From NCBI GenBank assembly GCA_002269645.1, contig NIVC01000874.1, positions 124,001 to 188,000 of the forward strand: a stretch of DNA of 64,000 nucleotides, read 5' to 3'. This document shows, piece after piece, positions 11,101 to 23,100 of the stretch. How positions within the stretch are numbered: the first letter of the stretch is position 1; each line of letters opens with the position of its first letter. A program made the translations under genes and the position numbers. The stretch comes from Macrostomum lignano. Taxonomy: Eukaryota. Below the pieces are notes generated by a model. That model had not been told where the DNA came from. It made no database searches and worked only from the letters and a program-made list of their open reading frames with translations.

Positions 11101-14100
11101 TCAGTGGATTTTGATGCTGAAACGTATTGGAACTGATTCAGTAGACTGAACTGTGGTCCTGCAGCAAGGTTAACTTTGCAGCTCACATTTGTAGGTACTG
11201 CTCCGGTGTGGGTCACTGGAAAGTAAATGGTCGGTGTTGCGGTATGAAAATATGCCGACTGAGCCACTGCAGCGATAGGATTCTGCACAAGAATTCCTGA
11301 TACAGTTGAGCTCTCGTTGTTCATTGGGCTAGAAGCCAGAACGTGGATGTCATAAACTCCAGGAGCATTGAATGTGTGGGTGATGTTAATGGGCTGTGCA
11401 TAGGACACAGGCTCAGGATGCACAATCACTTGGCTTGTACCATCAGTCATGTTCACCGTGTAGGTGACATCAGTACCATTTTGAACAGTGAGCTGCAGTG
11501 GAAACTGCTCACTTGTGAGCAATACAGATTTATTGATTTTGATTTCAACGCCCTCGATTTCAAATGGTGTGTAGAGCCGAAGCTCAAAGTTTTTCGAGTA
11601 CGCACCACCTGGGTTTGTGCAGCGAACATTTGATGTAACAACCGATTTTCCAGGTTGATAGATGTAAGAAAAGCTAAGCGGAACTTCAAAGTAAAATTTG
11701 ATGTCCTGATAAGATTGTGCTGCGCCTGAATAAAAGGTAAAGGTACAGTTTAGTTTTAAGTATCCTTGAGCTGCAGTTAGCGTACCAAATACAAAGGTAA
11801 CATTGTTTGGTTCCGGCAAGCGCTCGTACGAAGTTGTGATGTTTAACAAGCTGGCTGGATTCGGACTGACCAGGATAAGTTTTGTTTCTTCAAATTGGCT
11901 TATTTCATTGCTGCAACTGTAGTTAACTAAGTATTCGCCATACGGCTGATTTAGCACGTGACTGACGGTAAATCTATATTTGCGGTAGCTGTCAATGCTT
12001 CCATTTCGCTTCCAATTCCATGTGGCGTTGTACCCGTCCTGGATGAATATGACGCAATCCATGTAGGTGCCGGAAATCCAATAGAGCTCAAAAGTAGCCG
12101 CGACGTTAGATAAAGTAAATTGCGGATTCTTTGCTTTTGGCCCAGTAATTTTAAGACCTGAAATTTTAATTTAATCTCTTTTTATAATTTAGTTCATAGA
12201 TTTTCTTACCCTGGGATATTACTAACAATGAGTTAAAGGAGGGGCACAGCAAACCTTACCTGCGCAATCAAAAACTTTTGATATTGTGATGTCCTTCCAG
12301 TTGTTTTCTAAATTTGTGTCCACGTAGCTCGGATTGTCGGAATTGATCATCCCAACACGCAAAGTCACCTGCTCCGTCGTGCACTGCTGGAAGGTTAATA
12401 GGAATGCAGCATCGCATATAACATTGGCAATCTGACCGACCAGCTGAATTCCTTGAGTTCGATCCTTTTCGATGCAGTTGATTCCTTCCATAACTAGCGG
12501 AGCAGTGGATGCATTTTGAAATAGGAATGAAATGTTGGGTTCGAAATTGATGCTGGGAGACAGCACGGGGTCGATCTTCGACCCGCTGAGCAGTCGAACT
12601 CCAAATGAGAAAGACGCGGTGTGGCGATACTCCGGAACCCACGGGTCGGTTGCATTGGGAAGCAGCGCTACAGTCTCCAGCGCAGCGTCCGAAACTGAAA
12701 TCAAATTTATTGCTTTCTGCAATTAGCTACTTACGGGATAGATTGAATAATTTTTCGACAATCTATAAAACAAAGAACTATATCAATAATCCAAATGCAT
12801 TCTAAGCAAAAGTCAAAAGTTCCATCCTCCCAAGATTGCGCGAGGCTGTTATGTATAAACGTATTTATAATCTTATTCTTTAAATACAATTTAATCCTTT
12901 GCGAGAACTTACTAATCGTGCAAAATGTCTCAACCGGATGGCATGCCAAGCTGTTGCTGATGTTGCTCTCCGAGTAGGACGAGTTCACTGAACTCGTTAG
13001 CAGGACACAGAAATGCGTCGTCTTGTTGCACTGATTTTGGCTTATTTCAAAAAGTGGAGCGTGGACGCTGACAGAAAAAGTGTCTCCGCTAGTGTACCCG
13101 CTCTTGAACACTGACTCGTTTGTGGTTTTCAACTCCACGTTAAATACAGAATTGGACAGGCAGAGTTTAGTTTGGCTTTCACTGCCTTCCAGATTCTGAC
13201 AGTCACTTGTTACCAGATACAACAGTGCCATAAAGTTGTTTTCATACTCTGAACTCATTATAGGGCTGTTGAGATTCTTAACGAGTACCGAGAGATGGTA
13301 CGACACGGAAACATTTTCATGTCTCACCAAAGGATTCGGACTCAAATGGAACAATGTAAAATTGGATATTTCCGTGTCTCCTATTGGCTGACACACCTTC
13401 ACGCTGTCAATGTCCATGCAGAAAGCGTTATTAGTCGGGTCGGAGTCGCGCACCGTTTCATTTTCCGACGCGCTGAAGCCGATGCACAGGTAGGACGCTG
13501 AGACGCACTGGCCTCCTTCCGGCATCGTGAAGTTGGCGGTTATGACGAACTCAAACTCCTCATAAAGCTTATATGAGCCTTGCAGGTTGCCTTCAATGAC
13601 AGTCACAGGGTTGTGTTGGAGGTAAAACTCCTGGTCAACTGGAGGATACACGCTTGACGACTTGTTCAGAAAGTAAGAGAAAAAATTCGCCAGAACTGTT
13701 GGCGGAGCAGCCTCTGGAATGTCGGCGCTGCCACTTGCGTGCTTCAGACGGATTGTTGCCGTGTACCGACTGGCGCAGCCGCGAACCGGCACTGGGTCGA
13801 AAGTAACGTTAAAAGCAACGATGCTCATGTCCACCGTGATGGTGCAGACTGGCTGGCCCTGGTCTTGAAGATTCGCGCAGCCGCACTGAGGCGTGAGCGC
13901 TGAGCCACGAGGAATGCACACGGTCATATTCTCACTTGAGCACTCGGCATCCATAGTGCACGCATCGCTCACCTGGCCTGATTCTGTTGCTGAATTCGAA
14001 TCGAGATAGGTAAAGGCAAATGAGTTGAGCAATAATTAATGAACCAGAGAGTCTAGCTATATAACGCAACTTTGAGTGTAAACAGTGTGTTTCTCACCCT

Positions 14101-17100
14101 TTGGGATCATCTTCGGCGCAAACAGCCGCATTCGAACCGACACACCGCTTGTCGGCAGGCAGGTCTGGCATCCATCGAGGAGCTCCATTCGAATCTGCTG
14201 CCAGCTTGACAAGATTTTTGCCATCGCACTGACTTTGCCACCACGGTGAGAGCGGCTGGGCACAAGACAGGTTTGAGAACAGGCCGAACTGAGCGTTGTT
14301 CAGCTCAACAAAGGTGTACTCGTCCAGAGTTCCCGTCCGGCAGTCTTTCGCGTGCATCGGGTAGCCGCCCGCTCGAGACCCGACCCACCACTCTTTGCAC
14401 TCGACATACTTGCCGAGTCCCTGCGAGTTCGTGGCCTCCAGCCTCAGTGTCAGCGGCCACTGACTCGCAAAGTATGTCGGCAGCAGCTCGAGGAAGTCGA
14501 GTCCGGTCCAGAAGCTCATCTGGTCAGCTTGCGTGAAGTTGAAGTCCATGGCGGGTCGGCCCAGAGCGAATCCAGTGCGATAGTCGACTGGGGTTCGTCC
14601 GGTCTCCAGGTTCGGGGACAGTTTTTGGTACACGACCAGGGAGTTTCGGAAGCAAGGCAGGGTGGCGGATCCGAGGTAGGGGTGCTCGAGCGTTACTGAT
14701 TGAGTGCCATTGCAGATTGCCTGATTAATCTCTGCAAAGCGTATTGCCAAACAGTAAATGATCAGAATTATTATGAATTTATGTTGCTGGTAATAATGGA
14801 AGCAATTACAAGCTTTGGCATCTTGCCTGTTAGGTTTTTCGCTCGGACGAAAAGATCCATTTTGATTCCTAAGCTGCGATCCCATGTTGTCGTCAACCGC
14901 AGTTTGTCCGTGTAGGCCAGGTTAACGATGAGGTAGTACACCGGGTGAAAATTGTCGACTTCGGTATCTTTACTGGAGCCTGGAACAGAGTTTCAGGACA
15001 TGCGATTAAAGCCAACTCTCTGCTCTCTGTTGAAGTCACTTTTTAGTCAATGAAGAATAAATTAATAATATTCCTAATATTCTTAATAATAATAATATTT
15101 TTGGTACTGAAGCCAATTTTCATTGGTTTTATTTAAACTGAAGGTCGATTCACTAACAGCATAGCTTGCTTGCGATAACGTCATGACGCGTCTGTGGAAG
15201 GAGAGATCAGCAAAGAGGTTGCAGGTACAAAAGCTGGTCGCACGAGGGTATCGATGAAAATTACGGCCCCATCGACCATCGAAGCACAATAATATGGAGT
15301 GCGCGTATCCATGCTTCATGAATGAAGTGCAACCAAAAAACGGACTGACGGCCTTCACTGTCATAGACTAGACTTTTGCGGACTGACCACGATAAATTTC
15401 GTTAAATTAATAATCGGGTGGTAGCCAGCACCATCGACTATAACAACTATATAGCTATTCATTCTAAACTCGGGTAATAAATATTTTTTGCTAAATTGTG
15501 ATTTTCATGTTTTATTTTATGAATTTAAAGGAATGCCATTAACAGTAGAAAGACTACGCTTTTTTTCCCCATGGGGAAAGACCATGGGGGTGTATAACAA
15601 ATACACACAACCAATTTCACCATAGCTCGCAAACCGAATAACCGATTTTCGTAAAAGTCCACCATTTGGGTCAAAATTTCCCCCCTTTCCAACGAATTAA
15701 CTTTCAAAGTCATCCGACGTCAGCATCGTCGAGATATTCAACGATTCTTGTCGAAGACACTGGTGGCAAGGACAACCAACACTACACTGTATAAACCTTT
15801 ATAGTGAATCCATATTGGCTCAATAATCTGGATCCATCTGTCGGAGAGGCCTTTCTTCTCAGCATCCAGGAACTAGGGTCCCTTCATCACCGTCTGGAGC
15901 ATCGGCGGCGACCGTCGGACCTTCAACAAAAGCACCCGATCGGCATCGCAGAGACGGCTGCGTTCCCAAAACTGAAATGGAAGAATCCTCTTCTGCATGC
16001 AGCATTCAGTCAGTAGACATAATCGGTGAATGAGATGGATGACGGCGACCCTCTAGGTTGACCTGTAGACATACAAGCGACCTTCGGGACCTTCAACGGA
16101 GTGCCACCACGCGGCCCCGACGAACTGGCACCCCCAACATCGTGAATTTTCTGTCAAGGCACCAAACCAGGCATGTCTGCATATTATACAATGGTCCTGC
16201 ACCATGTTCAGCATTCAGCTCTGTCTGGACGACCTTCGGGACCTTCAACGGAGTGCCACCACGCGCCCCGACTAGCTGGCACCCCCAACATCGTGATTTT
16301 TCTATCAAGGCACCAAACCAGGCATGTCTGCATATTATACTATGCTTTTGCACCGTGTTAAATTGGAGAGTTGCAGATTTAACTGGCCCAAAGCGGGCCG
16401 AAACGTGATGTTGCTGTCCACCATGCATCACGACAGACAATTGCTTCCCAATGGCAAGCCTGTAGCAATAGGCTCGTACTACAATTCTACCAAGAGTGGC
16501 ACGGACACCTGCAACAGGATATTCCGCACATCCGACTGCAAGCGAAAGTCCGACTCATGTGAGAAGGCAATCTTCTCCGGCGGCATACTCAACATAGCAG
16601 CTGTGAATGCCGCTGCTATCTGGAGACTGGCGCACCCGGAGCTCTGCGCCTCGCCGAACTATCGCAACGAGTTCCAGCGCAATGCGGCTGCGCAACTTCT
16701 GCAACCTCTGATCGAGGAGCGCTCGCAATCGGCCGCTGTTCTTCAAAATCTGTCCAATCATCACAGGCTGATGTTCCAGCTCGCAGGTTGTCGAATCAAC
16801 GACGAGCAAATGAAGGAACAGGCACGCAAAGCGTGGCTGTGGTGTCAGTTGGTGCCAGAAAGCACTGTGCAACATGCGCGAGACAAAAGTCAAAGGATGA
16901 GAAGCGTGCCTTGAGTGCGACAACAAGGAAGTGTTGCATGTGTGACGAAGGAATTTGCCGAAGACACTGCCATGGAAGAGACAGTGATCGTCACCATTAC
17001 TGCCCACGTTGTGCACCAAATTAAATAGTGACAATTGACTCAGCCTTTGTGTCTATGTGTCAGTGTTCAGATCCTTCTGCTTTGAATTTGCTGTAATATC

Positions 17101-20100
17101 ATTTTTGACCTGCTGTAATATCATTTTTGACAAATTTAATATCATTTTTGACAAATTAAAAATATTTTATATTATTCAGTCGCCAGTTAAATCTGCAACT
17201 CTCCAATTTAACACGGTGCAAAAGCATAGTATAATATGCAGACATGCCTGGTTTGGTGCCTTGATAGAAAAATCACGATGTTGGGGGTGCCAGCTAGTCG
17301 GGGCCGCGTGGTGCACTCCGTTGAAGGTCCCGAAGGTCGTCCAGACAGAGCTGAATACTGAACATGGTGCAGGACCATTGTATAATATGCAGACATGCCT
17401 GGTTTGGTGCCTTGACAGAAAATTCACGATGTTGGGGGTGCCAGTTCGTCGGGGCCGCGTGGTGGCACTCCGTTGAAGGTCCCGAAGGTCGCTTGTATGT
17501 CTACAGGTCAACCTAGAGGGTCGCCGTCGTCCATTTCATTCACCGATTATGTCTACTGACTGAATGCTGCATGCAGAAGAGGATTCTTCCATTTCAGTTT
17601 TGGGAACGCAGCCGTCTCTGCGATGCCGATCGGGTGCTTTTGTTGAAGGTCCCGACGGTCGCCGCCGATGCTCCAGACGGTGATGAAGGGGACCCTAGTT
17701 CCTGGGATGCTGAGAACAAAGGCCTTTACGACTGATATGCATAGTTTCCTGAGCCGACGTGGTTTCATGATGAGATTTTGTGAACAGAAAAAATTTGCCA
17801 ATGTTGGTGGTTTTTGCCACCGGACACCCCGAGGAGAATCGTTGGATATCTCGACGATGCCGATTTTTCGTGATTTTCGGAGTTGCTTCATCGAATAGAG
17901 CGGGAAATTTTAGCCCGTGTTCTGGATTTTGATGGCAATTGGTTGAATCTTTTCGGAGATCCAGACAAAAGAAAAATGTGTGTATTTGAAATACACCCCA
18001 TGGTCTTTCTACTGTTAAAAAACTTTGAGGTTACATTCTGTAACGCTTTTGTCCATGGCAGAGGAGATTGGTTTCGTAGAATACCCGCAAGTGAAACAAA
18101 GGGAAATATATAGACTTGGCGAGTGTACACAGTGTGGGATGCAACTTGCCATCATCATTAAGCTCCCGCTAATTTCCCGCGAAATCACGTGGCGACAGCA
18201 AGCAGGCCAGAATCTATGAGACCGCTAACGTAGATCTGCTGCCTCAAGAAACTAAGGGCGATCATCTTTTTCCGAGGCTGTTGGCTACTAGCGACGGAAA
18301 CGTTACGTTAACCGTGAAACAAAACCGCGGTGATAACTACCTGCAGCGATTTATACTTAATCTTAGCGATAAAGTCGGGCTGTCGAAAGCGTATACGAAC
18401 ACTTATTAGATCATAAGTCTTAGATCAGTATTATGTTTTATTTAGTTACTATAAACTGCGTTATTATTAAGGTAATTCATGAATAAAATATCTATTCGTA
18501 AGGCCACCAGGATCTGTGAATTGGAAGCTGCTGGCCATAATCTGGCCGACATAAATGTCTGTTACCGGACAGACCTCAGAAAGAACAGCACGACTATATC
18601 TGGCGAAGCATCGTGACCGCTCACTGCAGAACAGCGCAGCTGTTTCCGAGGCTCTTCAGTTGCGTACTGGTGGAGAAGCGCCAATCTCTATTTCATATCT
18701 TGGTTCGACTGTCATTGATGAAGAAGAGTCTGTCGCCATCCCTGCTCCTGATTCGGCTGCAACAAACTCAGTCATATCAGGCCTGAGCTTCACTGGCATC
18801 AGAATTCACGACCACCCTGTTTCTAAGTTTTGTTTCTACGGGTGCACGTTTAGTGATTGGAAGTTTAATTGATTTTGGAAGCCATTTAGTAAATGACACT
18901 CTGAGAGACGCTTTGACGACATTGTTTTGTCAAATATTTTAAACGTACGTTAAAATGGTGCTAAAAGTACATATAATGACCCGTCATCTGAATGCCAAGT
19001 CTTCATGTCAAGCCTTCTCTGAAGCCTAACTACAAGAAATTGTTTATTAGCGAAATAAATCCGGTTTTAACCTTTGACAAACTTCTGTCAAATTTAAGAA
19101 ACCTACATTATATAGCCTTTGGTGTTTTTCAATGAGCACTGGAATGCTAAGAAGGCTTAGAAGCTTGTATTTAAGTGCGGAATTTGAGTAATTTTAAGAA
19201 TTAAAAAGAAGTGAAGGACACATGAAGTATTAGCAAAATCCTTGGCAGCAAACTTTAAAACTTTCTGGCAAGCAGATTTCCTGCTAGCAAATCTTGTACT
19301 TCCGCAGTACTCCCGAATACAATGCATTTAATTTCTAGGCTTGTGCTATATAATATAATGTAATATAATATAATATAATATCTAATATCTAACCTGGTTC
19401 GATTCCGTACGCTACCACAGTTATTTGGTGGTCGTGTTTGAAAATTTCCTGGGGCTCTCGTGCATTCACACCCCTGAGGGTCAAACCCCAAAGCTCAGAG
19501 AGTGCATATGCCTGAAGATTAGAAAGTCAGGGCATGTACACTAGCACAGAATTGCCTCAGCCATGGTGGCCACCACCATTAAAAACAACATTTAACAGGG
19601 CCAAAAGCTGACTCATCTCTTACTCATCTCATATTTCCCACTGCCTGTTCAATACTGGACTCCGGCAGAGAGCCCTCGCTTCGATAAGCCGCTTTTATTT
19701 TCGGACTGAGCTGACATCCCCTTTTAAAATCAAAATAAAAAACTCACCGGGTTTCCAGTTTTCAAATCATTTGAAGTCATGTCCCATTTTTTGGTATCGT
19801 AGTTGTAAAACTCCAGATTAAAGTTAAGATCTTCAGCAGCAAAAAGCATGTTCGGGATGTAATTAAGCATCAAAATGCTATGCAGTATGCTCTTCATGGT
19901 CAGTGTCATCTAAAAAGATTGCAAGCATTGCTATTAACTATTATTAAATGTCCTTGTTTAAACCCAGACTGCCAGTTGCCCCTGTCCTCACCGTCAGCCG
20001 GGCGCCGGTCCAGAAGCCATCGGCCTGCAAGGGCAACCCAGCTGTGCTCACGACGGGATTCGATACTTTGGTGATTGATTCGAAGCTCTCAAAGGCGTTC

Positions 20101-23100
20101 TCATTTTCAGATGCTGAAATTCAGAGTTACGTGTATGAGAGTTGTTGCAAAGGAGCTGAAAGTTTAGCCCCAACTCCTTGCACATCTGCTCTATTAAATG
20201 GTAAAACTGCAAAACTTCAAAACTTGCTGATTGAATAGCATAGTGAACATGGGGAGAAGTCAATCGAATGCTGTGCAGGTGAGGCACAGACCAACTTGCA
20301 TTTTGAAGCTGTTGATTTTTCAGTCACACAAACGAAGCAGAGCATCGACCAGAAAATCCTTCGGACTATGGGATCAGCGCCAACGACATTTCATTCTGGC
20401 ATGTCAACGGCAGGGAAAACGGCAGCCGTGACAATGACGAAGTATATGTTTCGAATGGCACCTTTTGGCATCAGCTCTATCTCTGAATATTACAACAGGA
20501 GACTGGACAGTGTTCTGCATGGTTTTAAAGATACTCGTGGACGACTGCATAGTTGCAAGCGCCGACTACGACAGCCACGTCCAAGCTGTTCGTGAATTTC
20601 TTAATCGATGTGACGAGAGCGAAATCGCATTAAATAAGAAGTTTGTCTTCGCCAAAAAAATGTCAAGGTTGCTGGATTTTTGCTTTCACAGAACAGCTAT
20701 CAGGTGGACCCAGACATGACAGCAGCCATTGCTCAATTTCCAGAGCCACCTAATATTACAGAATTACGTGCATTCATGGGCTTAGTGAATCGGATAGGAC
20801 CATTCACAGACTCGATCGCGGAATCTACCTCAACGCTAAGACCTCTTCTAAGCACAAAAAAATCATCCATCTGGAATGAGGAGCACCAAAAGGCCTTCGA
20901 TAAGGCACGAATCCACCTGTCCAAAATTCTATCTTTGGCATACTACGATCACATAAAGCATTGCACACAGATGCTTCAAGATTGAAAGGACTCTGATTCG
21001 TGGCACATGGCGAATGGTACAAGCTGGATCTCGATTTCTAACTGATGCAGAAACGCGACATGCTATGATTGAGCTCGAATTGCTAATAATTGTATGGGCT
21101 GCACAAAAGTGTCATCTATTTTTAGAAGGATTGTTGGCGTCATTTGAAACCGTGACGGATCACAAACCACTTATTCCGATCCTAAATAGCTATCAACTGG
21201 ACCAAATTGAGAACCCACGGTTACAGCGCCTTCGCGCCAAGCTTAATCGTTATAACTATGATGCTAGATGGGTTCGAGGTAAAGACAACGAAGACGCCGA
21301 TGCACTATCAAGGTTCCCCATTGCAAATGCGACTGAGGAAGACCAGATTGACGAGAGTCAAGCGGTAAGCAGCGTGAATTTACTTATGATGGCAATAGAA
21401 GATACGGAAATTGATGTTAAGATGAAAAAACTACAAGAACAAGTGAAGAATGATGCAGAAATGCAAGACCTTATCCGAGTTATCGAGAATGGAAATGGAT
21501 TTCCAAACGACAAAGCTAATCTGCCAGTTAATCTAAGACCATATTGGCACGCCAGACATAAGCTCGTTGTCGAAGATGGGATCATTCTCAATGGATGTCG
21601 ATGCATAATTCCTAAAGACATACAACGAGAAGTTTTGAGAACTCTGCACGCGAGTCATCAAGGTGCTACTAAAACCAAAGCAAGAGCAAGGATGACAGTC
21701 TATTGGCCCGGCATGGAACGTCAAATAGATGACACAATAAAACAATGCAAGGCATGCCAAGAAAAAACCGGCCAAGTCAAACCAGAGAGTCGATGATGTA
21801 GAGAAATCCACCAGGAAGGTGTTTCCAGGAAGTTCACGCGGACTTTTGTGAATTTCGTGGCAGGCAATTGCTAGTGATAGTGGATTGCTACTCAGGCTGG
21901 ATCAACGTCTGGAGTTTCGGACAAAACGCTCCGGTTTACAAGCTTATCAATGCATGCCGTGAGCTATTTCGTCAGACAGCCGTACCGGAATCCTTCTGGT
22001 CAGACTCAGGCTCTCACTTCAAAGCCAACGTCTTTGTAAATTTTCTGAAGAGATGGGGAGTTGAGTCCAGATTCTCATCGCTTTACCATCACCAAAGCAA
22101 TGGAAAGGCTGAATCCGCAGTTAAGTCTGCCAAGAAGATTATCAGAGGATCTTGGGACTATCGAAACAACGACATAGACAAGGGCAAGATGGCACAAGGC
22201 ATTCTGTAGAAGAGTCTTGGCCGAATCAGAATTGGCTCGACTGTGGTTCTACAAGACCCGACAACCAAGCTGTGGCAACGGAGGGGCGTGGTGGTGGAGG
22301 TAGGCAAACACCGCGACTACCTGATCAAGCTAGCTAATGACCGAATACTACGGAGAAATCGTATCTTCGTCCGGCCAACACTACCATGGAACGCCGATTA
22401 TCTGCAACAGGCGACTAACAAGCTAGTGAATCAAGAACATACCAAACGGACAATCAGAGACTTGGGGATCAGAGGCCACCGGAGAGACCTCGCGTTAGTG
22501 CCAGGTCGACAAAACATCCCGCCAGTTCGGTTTCAGTACAGCCGACTGGGGCAGCCGAAAGTTCAGTTTCTTGAGTAAATAAGGAACAATGACTTGAAAG
22601 GGGAGTTGGTGTAGATGATAATACCGTAAGTATATGGCCCTGACCTAAAGCCTACGTGCTAAGAGACAGGGCGAGAAAATATATAGAATCAACTTGGCTC
22701 GCCATCAGAGCAAGCCCAACATTGAAATAGATATAACAAACAGCAGCCACAGATGCCAGAGGCAACCTTACAATTTTGCGCACGTCTGCCGCATCTGTGA
22801 GGCTCCGCACCCGGTAGTGTTGTAGAAATTGAACAAGTCAGGCACACAACTAACACTAACACTCCCCCTAATGATGCTTCATCATTACAACAGACTTGAT
22901 AACTAAAAATGAAACGCACCATCACCAGAATACTAAGTTATCAAAAAAGCAGAAACACAAAAGGCGCAAAGCGCAAAAATGTAAACACCGTCACCAGCGT
23001 ACTGTAAATTAGAGAAAACCAAATGTTGCGTTGAGAAGTGTGCTCACAGAGCACGAGAACGATAAGCTAGGATAAGAACTTGAAGATTGAAACTAAGGAG

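Noticed and set aside
18555-18872. 105-aa plus-strand ORF (and 19948..20238) as genes
   Set aside because: No recognisable motif or supporting exon structure; left unannotated.
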